Shown here: piece after piece, positions 39,842 to 49,092 of the stretch
Position numbering within the stretch: the stretch's first letter is position 1
How the letters are laid out: each line of letters starts with the position of its first letter
From: an uncultured bacterium
GTDB taxonomy: Bacteria; Actinomycetota; Coriobacteriia; Coriobacteriales; Coriobacteriaceae
Assembly: GCA_905216145.1 (NCBI GenBank)
Contig: CAJMST010000009.1
Location: forward strand, 11,928 to 75,927
DNA: 64,000 bases
Reading direction: 5' to 3'
Made by a program: the position numbers and the translations under genes
Notes under the pieces: model-generated
Databases searched by the model: none
Seen by the model: the letters and a program-made list of their open reading frames with translations, nothing else
What the model was told of the DNA's origin: nothing

Positions 39842-40642
39842 GTGGGATTTCGCGACGTTAAGCGTTCTAAGAGCGCAAAAGACACGCGTATCATTGCAAT
39901 CATCAATCAAAAAGGCGGCGTCGGTAAGTCAACGACGGCTGTAAACCTAGCTGCAGCACTGGGCGAGCAGGGTCGTAAAACTCTGATTGTCGATTTTGAT
40001 CCGCAGGGAAACAGCACCAGTGGATTTGGAATTGAAAAAGAAGACCTTGATCACTGCATCTATGATGCATTGCTGAATGATGTGTCGGCAGAATCGCTTG
40101 TTCTTGATACAAATTGCAAAAAGGTATTTGTAATTCCGGCTACAATTCAGCTTGCAGGCGCCGAAATTGAGCTCGTAAGCGCAATTGCTCGTGAAACCCG
40201 CCTCAAAGATTTGCTTGAGCCGATTCAGGACGAGTTCGATTTCATTTTCATTGACTGTCCTCCTTCGCTCGGCTTGCTTACCATCAACGCCTTGACAGCA
40301 GCAGACAGCGTTTTGATTCCAATCCAGTGCGAGTATTATGCACTCGAGGGCGTTACGAAGCTGCTTGAGTCAATGAAGATGGTCAAATCACGTCTGAATA
40401 AGGGCTTAGACACCTATGGCGTGCTTATGACTATGTATGACTCGCGTACTTCTCTGTCGAATCAGGTTGTTGAGGAGGTTCAATCGTACTTTGGTGCCAA
40501 GGCGTTTAAAACGCTGATCCCCCGTACGGTTAAAATCTCCGAAGCTCCGTCTTTTGGAGAACCGGTAATTACCTATGCACCTCAAAATAAGGGTGCAAAA
40601 GCGTATATGAACCTTGCAAAAGAGGTGATCAAGCGTGCCTAG
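39842..40642 (+). CDS. parA: Chromosome partitioning ATPase ParA/Soj
   Basis: Deviant Walker A NQKGGVGKSTT, DCPPSLG; GTG start after AGGAGG. Confidence 0.93.
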   Translation: MGFRDVKRSKSAKDTRIIAIINQKGGVGKSTTAVNLAAALGEQGRKTLIVDFDPQGNSTSGFGIEKEDLDHCIYDALLNDVSAESLVLDTNCKKVFVIPATIQLAGAEIELVSAIARETRLKDLLEPIQDEFDFIFIDCPPSLGLLTINALTAADSVLIPIQCEYYALEGVTKLLESMKMVKSRLNKGLDTYGVLMTMYDSRTSLSNQVVEEVQSYFGAKAFKTLIPRTVKISEAPSFGEPVITYAPQNKGAKAYMNLAKEVIKRA

Positions 40643-41540
40643 TGCAAAGAAACGTGGCGGATTGGGACGTGGACTCAATGCTTTGGTCTCAGAGGCCGAG
40701 TATGAGACCGGTGGTTCGGCTGCATCCGCTTCAAAGGCTGCATCTGAAACGAAACTACCTATTGAGGATATTGTTCCCAACCCAAACCAGCCGCGAATTC
40801 ACTTTAACGAAACTGAACTTCGCGAGTTGAGCGAGTCAATCCAAGAACATGGCGTTTTGCAGCCGCTATTGGTTCGCAAGCATGGAAACGGCTATGAGAT
40901 CATCGCTGGTGAGCGTCGTTACCAGGCGTCAAAGCTTGCTGGTCTTGAGGAGCTGCCTGTCATCATTAAAGATGTTAGTGATGAAGAGATGCTTGCTCTT
41001 GCTCTTATCGAAAACCTTCAGCGTTCTGATTTGAATCCCGTCGAAGAGGCTAAAGGCTATCGCCAGCTTATCGATGCCAGCGGTATGACCCAGGAAGCAT
41101 TGTCGAGGGCAGTCAGCAAGTCACGCTCTGCAATTACAAACTCGCTACGCCTTCTCGATCTCCCGGAAGTTGTTCAGCAGATGATTTTTGAGGGCAAACT
41201 TACTGCTGGTCATGCACGTGCGATTCTTGCAGTTCCCTATGAGGATGCACGAATTCGACTAGCAGAGAAAGTTGTTGCGGAGGGCCTTTCCGTAAGAGCG
41301 ACAGAAAATCTTGCTCCGTTGTTTTCTGCCGGAGAGACACCTAAAACGCCTAGACCTGCAACGCCTCAGTCTTTTAAAAAGGCTGCCCGTGTGCTTCGTC
41401 AGGTATTTAATACCAACGTGCGTGTGAAGAGCTCGCGTGGAAAGAATAAGATTGAGATTGAGTTTAAAGACGAGGAAGAGCTCTCTCGTATTCTTGGCGA
41501 AATGGTTCAATTTGGGCAGGAGGATCAGGATGAAGAATAA
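40635..41540 (+). CDS. parB: Chromosome partitioning protein ParB/Spo0J
   Basis: GLGRGLNAL, ParB box LVRKHGNGYEIIAGERRYQASKLAGL, HTH region. 8-nt overlap with parA. Confidence 0.93.
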   Translation: MPSAKKRGGLGRGLNALVSEAEYETGGSAASASKAASETKLPIEDIVPNPNQPRIHFNETELRELSESIQEHGVLQPLLVRKHGNGYEIIAGERRYQASKLAGLEELPVIIKDVSDEEMLALALIENLQRSDLNPVEEAKGYRQLIDASGMTQEALSRAVSKSRSAITNSLRLLDLPEVVQQMIFEGKLTAGHARAILAVPYEDARIRLAEKVVAEGLSVRATENLAPLFSAGETPKTPRPATPQSFKKAARVLRQVFNTNVRVKSSRGKNKIEIEFKDEEELSRILGEMVQFGQEDQDEE

Positions 41541-41784
41541 GGTTCTCGCGGTCGTTGCGTTGGCAACCACCGTCGTCGCTGGCGCTTTTGCAGGCTATAA
41601 GCTTGCGACAGATGATGAACTACGCGGTCGACTGCTGCGCGGAGCCCAGGATATTGTCGATACATCCAAGAAGAAAATGGATGTGATGACCGAAGATGTC
41701 GCTATGCGCACTGCTCAGGTGACTAAGAATCCCAAGATTAACCAAGATTGGGTTAACCATCAGTGGGAAAATGTTGGTTATTAG
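41530..41784 (+). CDS. Small single-pass membrane protein
   Basis: MKNKVLAVVALATTVVAGAFAGYKL... (84 aa). The ATG overlaps the parB stop and GGAGGA lies upstream. The track ORF starts earlier, inside parB. Confidence 0.55.
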   Translation: MKNKVLAVVALATTVVAGAFAGYKLATDDELRGRLLRGAQDIVDTSKKKMDVMTEDVAMRTAQVTKNPKINQDWVNHQWENVGY

Positions 41785-41813
41785 GTACCTAACAATTACT
41801 TGCCTGTTTTGAA

Positions 41814-41855
41814 GGGGTCCTTGTCTTATACATGAGACAAGGACCCCATATTTTG
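41814..41855 (+). terminator. Intrinsic terminator closing the rsmG-parAB unit
   Basis: GGGGTCCTTGTCT...AGACAAGGACCCC followed by ATATTTT. Confidence 0.75.
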
Positions 41856-41892
41856 GCTAAAACTAAGCTTGAAGAAGCCAAGTTCAATAGTA

Positions 41893-41940
41893 TGAAAAAA
41901 ATGAAACAGCCCTGGTTGCATTATTTGCAACCAGGGCTGT
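41893..41940 (-). terminator. Intrinsic terminator after rlmN
   Basis: 15-bp stem ACAGCCCTGGTTGCA / TGCAACCAGGGCTGT, followed on the minus strand by TTCATTTTTTT. Confidence 0.65.
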
Positions 41941-41944
41941 CGGA

Positions 41945-41960
41945 TGTTTCACATGAAACG
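41945..41960. promoter_or_regulatory. Degenerate parS-like site (TGTTTCACATGAAACG, 14/16)
   Basis: Two mismatches to the perfect sites 2.1 kb upstream. Located just past the rlmN stop. Confidence 0.5.
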
Positions 41961-41979
41961 TTATGGGGCACAGACTCCC

Positions 41980-43032
41980 CTATGCGTTCTTCTGGACCTT
42001 GAAACGTTGCTTCAGCTGACCGCAGGCGGCATCGATATCATTGCCGCGAGAATTACGGATCGTGGTCTCGATGCCACGAGACTCAAGGCGACGCTGAAGA
42101 TCCTCAACCTTATGAATCGGCGACGGCTTGAGCGGGCTGCCCTCGATGTCGTTAAGCTGAATGAGGTTAACGTGGCACAGCGTTCCCTCGCAGAAGTCGC
42201 AGAGCGCCTGCATCTCGGGATTCGTATCGTTGACGCCTTCGATCATGGCATACTCATAGGTCGGGCGGCGGCCAGTCTTCTCGGTGTAGAGCTGAAGCGC
42301 TTCGTGAAGGCGAAGCAGCGTGTACTTCTTAACACCGGGCATGAGCTTATTGCGCGTCGACTGGATGGCGGAATGCAGGGAAACGGCAAGCGTGAATTGC
42401 TCGGGGATGTCGGCAAATTTGCGAATACCGGGAATAACGCCGCTGGTAGAGACGGTGAGGTGACGAGCGCCGATACCGATGCCGTCGGGGTCGTTGAGGA
42501 TTCGCAGCGCCTTGAGAACCTCGTCGTAGTTGGCAAACGGCTCGCCCTGGCCCATAAAGACAACGCTCGTGGCGCGCTCACCAAAGTCGTTGGATACATG
42601 AAGTACCTGGTCGACGATCTCTTGAGCGGTCAGAGAACGCTTGAGGCCGTTGAGGCCGGTAGCGCAAAAGGCGCAGCCCATGCCACAGCCTGCCTGGGTT
42701 GACACGCAGACGGAAAGCTTGTTGCGACGGGGCATACCGACGGTCTCGACGGAAACGCCGTCGTGGTACTCGAGCAGATACTTGCGCGAGCCATCTTTGG
42801 AAACCTGCTTGGTGAGTTCAGTCGGCGTGTCAAAGGCAAAAGCCTCTTTAAGCTGCTCGCGGAAAGCCTTGGGAAGGTTGGTCATGTCGTCAAACGAACA
42901 AACGTTCTTCTCAAAGACCCATTCGATGAGCTGCTTTGCGCGGAAGGCGGGCTGGCCAAGTTCGGCCACGAGCTCGCGAATATCGTTTTGGCTCAAGTCG
43001 CGAATGTCCTGAGATTTAGTCCTGGGATTCAT
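41980..43032 (-). CDS. rlmN: 23S rRNA/tRNA adenine-C2 methyltransferase RlmN (radical SAM)
   Basis: CVSTQAGCGMGCAFCATG radical-SAM cysteine cluster, VFMGQGEP, C-terminal DIDAACGQL. Confidence 0.9.
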   Translation of the reverse strand: MNPRTKSQDIRDLSQNDIRELVAELGQPAFRAKQLIEWVFEKNVCSFDDMTNLPKAFREQLKEAFAFDTPTELTKQVSKDGSRKYLLEYHDGVSVETVGMPRRNKLSVCVSTQAGCGMGCAFCATGLNGLKRSLTAQEIVDQVLHVSNDFGERATSVVFMGQGEPFANYDEVLKALRILNDPDGIGIGARHLTVSTSGVIPGIRKFADIPEQFTLAVSLHSAIQSTRNKLMPGVKKYTLLRLHEALQLYTEKTGRRPTYEYAMIEGVNDTNPEMQALCDFCEGTLCHVNLIQLNDIEGSPLKPSPIHKVEDLQRRLESRGIETTIRNSRGNDIDAACGQLKQRFKVQKNA

Positions 43033-43117
43033 GGAAGCCTTTCGATTTTGGGGAAACGTAGAGGGTATCGCTACAATATGGTATCAGCTGCAGAAATTAT
43101 AGAGGAGGAGTCTGCCC

Positions 43118-44083
43118 ATGCCGGGTAAAAGCCTAAAGAACATGCACGTAGCGGTCTTGGCGGGCGGTCATTCCGCTGAGCGCGAGATCTCGCTCAATTC
43201 GGGAAAGAACGTCGTGGTGGCACTGAAGGAAGCCGGCTACACCTCGGTGGAGCTGCTCGACACGGCCGCTGATGACTTTATGGTAACCATGGCGACCGGC
43301 GGCTTTGACGTGGCGTTTATCGCCATGCACGGTGCCGGCGGCGAGGATGGTGCCATGCAGGGCGCCATGGAGACCCTGGGTATCCCCTACACGGCCTCGG
43401 GCGTGCTTGCCAGCGCCTGCGGTGCCGACAAGGAGGTCTCTAAGCTCCTGTACGCCAAGGCGGGCATTCCCATTGCCCCCGGCCTTGCGCTCGAGGTGGG
43501 CGATGAAGTCGATATCGATCATATCGTCGAGGTTTGTGGCGAGCGCTGCTTTGTGAAGCCGGCCGTCAACGGTTCCAGCTATGGCATTTCCCTGGTCCAT
43601 GAGCCCTCCGAGCTGCCCGCGGCAATCGCCAAGGCGTTTGAGTACGGCGACAAAGTGCTGGTCGAGAAGTGCATCGAGGGTACCGAGATCACCGTTGGCG
43701 TATACGGTGAAGATGACGTGCGCGCCCTGCCGATTGTCGAGATCCGTAAGCCCGAGGACTGCGAGTTCTACGATCTGGACGTGAAATATGTCGACCCTAC
43801 GGACATCCATCGCATTCCGGCGCAGATTTCACCCGAGAACTATGCTCGTGCCCAGGAGCTTGCCTGTGCCGCTCACAAGGCCCTCGGTTGCCTGGGCATC
43901 TCGCGCAGCGATTTTATCGTGAGCGAGGACGGCCCCGTTATCCTCGAGACCAATACCATTCCCGGCATGACCGATACGTCGCTGTATCCGGATGAGATCC
44001 GCCACACCGACGACATGACGTTCCCGCAGGTCTGTGACAGCCTAATCCGTATGGGTCTTCGTCGAGCGGGCATTGCATGCTAA
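43118..44083 (+). CDS. ddl: D-alanine--D-alanine ligase
   Basis: VAVLAGGHSAEREISLNSG, HGAGGEDGAMQGAMETLGIPYT, ATP-grasp C-terminus LETNTIPGMT. Confidence 0.92.
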   Translation: MPGKSLKNMHVAVLAGGHSAEREISLNSGKNVVVALKEAGYTSVELLDTAADDFMVTMATGGFDVAFIAMHGAGGEDGAMQGAMETLGIPYTASGVLASACGADKEVSKLLYAKAGIPIAPGLALEVGDEVDIDHIVEVCGERCFVKPAVNGSSYGISLVHEPSELPAAIAKAFEYGDKVLVEKCIEGTEITVGVYGEDDVRALPIVEIRKPEDCEFYDLDVKYVDPTDIHRIPAQISPENYARAQELACAAHKALGCLGISRSDFIVSEDGPVILETNTIPGMTDTSLYPDEIRHTDDMTFPQVCDSLIRMGLRRAGIAC

Positions 44084-46971
44084 TCGAGGACGCGGTTTCG
44101 TCAGGAACGCCGCAGTTTGTCATCGACTCCTATGCCACGCTTGCCGAGCGCGCCAAAACGCAGTCCTTCGGCCTTATCGAGGAAGATGTAATCGTCCTCG
44201 ATACCGAGACCACGGGTCTTTCGGTGCAGGACAATGAGCTGATCGAGATCTCGGCGGCCCGCCTTTCGGGCCGCGAGGTCGTCGACCGCTTCGATACCTT
44301 CGTGCATCCCAAGCAACTGATTCCCGCCGAGATTACCGAGCTCACGAGCATTACAAATGCCGATGTGGCAGATGCCCCGTCGGCCGTTGAGGCCGTCGCC
44401 GCTCTCGCCGATTTTGTCGGTGGTTGCCCGGTGATCGCACATAACGCCACGTTCGATCGCTCGTTTATCGAGTCGGTCAAAGGCGGCGTCAACGTGAGCG
44501 ATATTTGGATCGATTCGCTGGCGCTGTCGCGCATCGCGCTTCCGCGCCTGGCCTCGCACAAGCTGTCTTTTATGGCCGATCTGTTTGGCTGTGACTCGGT
44601 ATCACACCGTGCCAATGCCGACGTCGACGCCCTGTGTGGCGTATGGCGTGTGTTGCTCGTGGCGCTCACCGACTTGCCCCAGGGCTTCATGGCGCGCCTG
44701 GCCGACATGCATCCGGATGTGCCTTGGTCCTATCGTCCTATCTTCTCATTCTTGGCGGGGCAGAACCCTGGTTCTATCTTCTCTCTCAGCGCCGCTCGTG
44801 CTGACGTTCTCAAGGCCGATCGCGCCGACGATCGGGTGGACGCCGACGAACTGCCGGTCCTCAAGATGCCGAGTCGTGAGGAGATTGAGGCAGACTATGC
44901 GCCGGGTGGCCTGGTCAATCGCATGTATCCCACTTACGAGCCGCGTGATGAGCAGATCGCGATGGCGCTCGAGGTCCGCGATGCGCTGGTCACGGGCACA
45001 CATCGCGTAATTGAGGCGGGCACGGGCGTCGGCAAATCGATGGCCTATCTGGTGCCTTTTGCCGAGGCAGCACGCCGTAACAACATCACGGTTGGTATTG
45101 CGACCAAATCGAACAATCTTGCCGACCAGCTCATGTACCATGAGCTGCCAAAACTTGCCGAGCAACTGGACGGTGGCCTGTCATTTTGCGCTCTCAAGGG
45201 CTATGACCACTATCCGTGCCTGCGCAAGCTTGAGCGCATGAGCCGCAGCCAGGTCGAGATTACCACCAAGCGCGATCCGGCGGACACGCTCACGGCGGTC
45301 GCGGTCATTATGGCGTACGTCTGCCAATCAGCCGATGGCGACCTCGACTCGCTCGGCATTCGGTGGCGCAGCGTCAACCGCCCCGACTTTACGACGGCCT
45401 CGCGCGAGTGTGCTCGTCGCCTCTGCCCGTTTTTCCCTGATAAATGTTTGGTCCACGGCGCTCGCCGTCGTGCGGCGCATGCCGATGTGGTGGTCACCAA
45501 CCATTCCCTGCTGTTCCGCAATGTCGCGGCCGAGGGCAGGATTTTACCTCCGATTCGTCATTGGGTAATCGACGAGGCCCATTCCATCGAGCGCGAGGCG
45601 CGCCGTCAGTGGGCGCGCGTGGTGTCGGCGGACGAATCACGCGTTCTGTTTGAGCGCCTGGGTGGCTCGAGCACCGGCGCGCTAAGCCAGGTTTCCCGTG
45701 ATTTGGCAACCTCCGAGGGCTCTACGCTCTATCTGGGCCTTACTGCCAAGGCAACGTCGACGGTTGCGCGCGCGAGCATGGCAATCGCCGACGTGTTCGA
45801 TGGCGTTCGCGAGCTCGGTCGCCGTGCCCGTGGGGGTTATGACAATGCCAATCTATGGATTGGCCCCGAGTTGCGCGAATCTGACGACTGGCATGATTTC
45901 TTGCAGTCGGCCTACACTGCCATCGACGCATTGGAACAGGCTGACAAGAGCGTCGACGCGCTGGTGCAAGCCGTCGCCGCCGACAAGCCCGAGGTTGTTG
46001 TCGACCTGGGTGATATTTCGCGCCGCCTGCACGAGCTGGCCGAGAACCTCAAACTCATCATTGATGGCACCGATGAACACTACGTGTATTCGCTGCAGGT
46101 CAATCGCAGACTGCGTGCCGGCGGAGAGTCAATGACCGCAGAGCGCATCGACATTGGCGAGGCCTTGGCAACCGAGTGGCTGCCCGAGGTTCATACGGCT
46201 ATCTTTGCCTCGGCGACCATGACGGTGTCCAAAAGCTTTGAACACTTTAACCACGCGGTCGGCCTCGATCGCATCGGTGCCTCAACATCCTCATCGCTGC
46301 ACTTGGACTCGAGCTACGACTTCGATTCGAACATGGCTGTAGTCGTTGCGGGCGATATCCCCGATCCGCGCGATCGCGAGAGCTATCTTACGGCGCTCGA
46401 GCGCGTGCTGGTCGACGCCCATCTTGCCATGGGCGGATCGGTGCTCACACTGTTCACCAATCGGCGCGACATGGAAGACCTGTACGCCCGCGTTGAGCCC
46501 AAGATGGCCCGTGCGGGTCTGGAGCTCAACTGCCAGCAGCGCAACTCATCTCCTCGTCGCCTGCGCGATCGGTTTATCAACGAGCCGACTTCATCGCTTT
46601 TTGCGCTTAAGGCCTTCTGGGAGGGGTTCGACGCCAGCGGCGAGACGCTGCGCTGCGTCATCATTCCCAAGCTGCCGTTCTCGAGTCCCACGGACCCGCT
46701 CTCGTGCGAGCGCAACCTGCGCGAAGACCGCGCTTGGGCGCGCTATTCGCTGCCCGAGGCGGTGCTCGAGGTCAAGCAGGCGGCCGGCCGCCTTATCCGC
46801 TCGTCGACCGATTGCGGCGTGCTGATTCTGGCCGACCCGCGCCTGGTGACGAAGGGCTACGGAAAGAAGTTCTTAACGTCGCTGCCCACGAGCTCCTACC
46901 AGCGCATCGAATCGGCGCAGATCGGGCACTATCTGCAACTGTGGCGCGCACGCCACGAACGGCGCCGCTAA
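44077..46971 (+). CDS. dinG: Bifunctional DnaQ-like 3'-5' exonuclease / DinG-family ATP-dependent helicase
   Basis: Exonuclease motifs VLDTETTGL and HNATFDRSFI. Helicase Walker A EAGTGVGKS, DEAH box VIDEAHSIE, Cys-rich insert (FCALKGYDHYPCLRK...C...C). The ATG overlaps the ddl stop (ATGCTAA). Confidence 0.88.
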   Translation: MLIEDAVSSGTPQFVIDSYATLAERAKTQSFGLIEEDVIVLDTETTGLSVQDNELIEISAARLSGREVVDRFDTFVHPKQLIPAEITELTSITNADVADAPSAVEAVAALADFVGGCPVIAHNATFDRSFIESVKGGVNVSDIWIDSLALSRIALPRLASHKLSFMADLFGCDSVSHRANADVDALCGVWRVLLVALTDLPQGFMARLADMHPDVPWSYRPIFSFLAGQNPGSIFSLSAARADVLKADRADDRVDADELPVLKMPSREEIEADYAPGGLVNRMYPTYEPRDEQIAMALEVRDALVTGTHRVIEAGTGVGKSMAYLVPFAEAARRNNITVGIATKSNNLADQLMYHELPKLAEQLDGGLSFCALKGYDHYPCLRKLERMSRSQVEITTKRDPADTLTAVAVIMAYVCQSADGDLDSLGIRWRSVNRPDFTTASRECARRLCPFFPDKCLVHGARRRAAHADVVVTNHSLLFRNVAAEGRILPPIRHWVIDEAHSIEREARRQWARVVSADESRVLFERLGGSSTGALSQVSRDLATSEGSTLYLGLTAKATSTVARASMAIADVFDGVRELGRRARGGYDNANLWIGPELRESDDWHDFLQSAYTAIDALEQADKSVDALVQAVAADKPEVVVDLGDISRRLHELAENLKLIIDGTDEHYVYSLQVNRRLRAGGESMTAERIDIGEALATEWLPEVHTAIFASATMTVSKSFEHFNHAVGLDRIGASTSSSLHLDSSYDFDSNMAVVVAGDIPDPRDRESYLTALERVLVDAHLAMGGSVLTLFTNRRDMEDLYARVEPKMARAGLELNCQQRNSSPRRLRDRFINEPTSSLFALKAFWEGFDASGETLRCVIIPKLPFSSPTDPLSCERNLREDRAWARYSLPEAVLEVKQAAGRLIRSSTDCGVLILADPRLVTKGYGKKFLTSLPTSSYQRIESAQIGHYLQLWRARHERRR

Positions 46972-47906
46972 AGCGGACAGACGAGGGTTTTTGCCATATC
47001 GCACAGACGCTTTGACAGGGCGGGGTCATCCAAGATGCGGATGGCTCCGCCCGCTGCGATTATCTGGCTCAGTAGCCAACGCTCGGAGCCGTAATGCACG
47101 GTTACCGTTGCTATGTCTGCCCCGCGGCGCTCGATTAGGGTGATGCCGGCCCAGTCCAGATGCTCCGCCATATCGAATGGCATCAAGAGCTTTGCGCTAC
47201 GCTGCGTCCGGGCAAGGGAATCGTGGAGGGATGCAACGTCCGGTGCGTGAGGCACGACGGAGTCTTCCGTCAAGGCGAGCCCCTCGATTTTATCCATGCG
47301 ATAGGTGCGCTGCTCATCGACCGCGATGTCCCAGGCAATCAGGTATGTTTGGTCGCCGTTTGCCGTAATGCGCAAGGGGTCGACTAGACGCTCGCGTGGC
47401 CGTGCATCGTCCATCGAGCGATACGAGATGCGGCAACGAACGCCGTCCTGAATGGCGCAGCTCAGCTGCTGCCAGTGTGACCCGTGGTTGACGGTGTCAA
47501 AGACGCGCTGGTTGTAGCCGAGCTCTTCGGGTAGAAGAGCATGTCGAATCCGAGCTGCCGCCTGGGGCTCGATCCCCAACGATTCAAGTTCATGGTTGAG
47601 CACGGCGCCCTCGGCGGCACTCAGGCGCAGCGGTAGCACACGCCCGGCGTCACCGGTGAGAACCACACACTCGCCGTGGCATTCGCAGATGATGCGCGCG
47701 CCCGATTCTCGGTCCGCGAGCGTCGAGACGATCTCGAGAATCTCGTCGAGCGATACTCCCGTGATGTCAAAGCGGCCGCAAATCTCGGTTCGTGTCATGC
47801 CGCTCTCGCCGGCGGCGTAGAGGGCCTCCATGATGTCGATGGCGCGCGAGAGTCTCTGCTCGCTGGTGAGTTTACGCACGGGCATGCTCGTGCACCGTCC
47901 TTTCAA
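46968..47906 (-). CDS. HTH-WYL domain transcriptional regulator (PafC-like partner)
   Basis: N-terminal wHTH (GMTRTEICGRFDITGVSLDEILEIVSTL) and WYL-type core (DQTYLIAWDIAVDEQRTYRMDKIEGL). Probable start is the ATG at 47885. Its stop overlaps the dinG stop by 2 nt (convergent). Confidence 0.75.
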   Translation of the reverse strand: MKGRCTSMPVRKLTSEQRLSRAIDIMEALYAAGESGMTRTEICGRFDITGVSLDEILEIVSTLADRESGARIICECHGECVVLTGDAGRVLPLRLSAAEGAVLNHELESLGIEPQAAARIRHALLPEELGYNQRVFDTVNHGSHWQQLSCAIQDGVRCRISYRSMDDARPRERLVDPLRITANGDQTYLIAWDIAVDEQRTYRMDKIEGLALTEDSVVPHAPDVASLHDSLARTQRSAKLLMPFDMAEHLDWAGITLIERRGADIATVTVHYGSERWLLSQIIAAGGAIRILDDPALSKRLCDMAKTLVCPL

Positions 47907-48894
47907 TGAGGTAGTTCCACGCCTGCTTGAGCGATTTGGGGGCCATGGGCCTCATGCCGTCCATGGCGTGGGCCATGCAAAATGAGGCGGCGGCTTCAAG
48001 GTCGCGCACGTCAACGGTCCAGATCCATCCCGCATCGGTGTGTGCGAGCTCACCTCGCCCGCGCGTGAGGCCGTTGATCATATCGATCTGCGTCTGAGGG
48101 GCGAACGAGAACGTGGCTGCAACGGGCGGTCGGTCGGCGAAATCGAATTCAAAGAACAGATAGTCGTTGAGATTGAAGTCCGCAGGGATGGCGTAGGCCT
48201 TCGAAGGACGCCATGCGCGAACGATACGGTCGCAGCGGAATGTCCTGATGTCGTCGGTGACATTGTCGAGGCCGCAGAAGTACGCCACGCCCTCGCGTTC
48301 GAACATGCCGTATACGCAGACGGTACGTTCTTTCTGCTCGCCGCGTCCGTTCTGATATAAAAATCGCAGCGCGCATCGCTCGGCAAAGGCGCTCCATACC
48401 GCATCGACGGTGGGAGAGCGGCTGATCGGCGCCTCGTCCACCGTCGTCCTACCGGTGAGGTAAGCAATCTTGGAGCGAATGTCGGCAAGCGGCGCGGCAA
48501 AGGTGGAAGAGCCGGCCGCTAGCGTCTGGTCGATGGCGTTGAGTAGGATATCGGCGTCGTCTGCGGTGATGAGGCCGCCTGCAGCAAACGTGTGCTCGCG
48601 GTCGATTGTCCACGAGCTTTCCTCGGTCTCCTGCGCACCGGCGGGGCGAACCTCCTTGATTAAGATGCCACGCTCGAGCAGTTTGTCACGATCGCGCCGA
48701 AACTTGCGCTTATCCGAGTCGATATTGCCCGAGCCATATCCCAGGTCAGAATCCAAGACGATCTGCTCGGTCGTCAGCGGTTCGGGGGAGCTGTTGAGCA
48801 CAAAGAAAAGATTGAGGATGCGCTGAGCCGTTTTATCGAAACCGGGCTCCGAATTCCCCTTTTTAATTGTTGCGGTCGCGTCGCTTGCCGTCAT
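47872..48894 (-). CDS. HTH-WYL domain transcriptional regulator (PafB-like partner)
   Basis: N-terminal wHTH (RILNLFFVLNSSPEPLTTEQI) and WYL-type core (VCVYGMFEREGVAYFCGLDNVTDDIRTFRCDRI). Overlaps the start of the downstream paralogue, as pafB/pafC do. Confidence 0.75.
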   Translation of the reverse strand: MTASDATATIKKGNSEPGFDKTAQRILNLFFVLNSSPEPLTTEQIVLDSDLGYGSGNIDSDKRKFRRDRDKLLERGILIKEVRPAGAQETEESSWTIDREHTFAAGGLITADDADILLNAIDQTLAAGSSTFAAPLADIRSKIAYLTGRTTVDEAPISRSPTVDAVWSAFAERCALRFLYQNGRGEQKERTVCVYGMFEREGVAYFCGLDNVTDDIRTFRCDRIVRAWRPSKAYAIPADFNLNDYLFFEFDFADRPPVAATFSFAPQTQIDMINGLTRGRGELAHTDAGWIWTVDVRDLEAAASFCMAHAMDGMRPMAPKSLKQAWNYLIERTVHEHARA

Positions 48895-49092
48895 AGAGTC
48901 CTCGCATGAGAAGGTGGTTTGCTGCCATGATTTTAGTCCGATATGGAGATTAGGCTATATCCTTGTCCGCTCGGGGCGTTAAGATGGCCCGAATTCGGTC
49001 GTTTGCGCTCGCTCGGGGTATACTTTCGACTATATACGGTTCTAATGTGCATGCATTGGGCCTATTTGTCGGATTATGGATGTGGAGCGCAC

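Noticed and set aside
41944-42702. 252-aa plus-strand ORF
   Set aside because: Antisense of rlmN.
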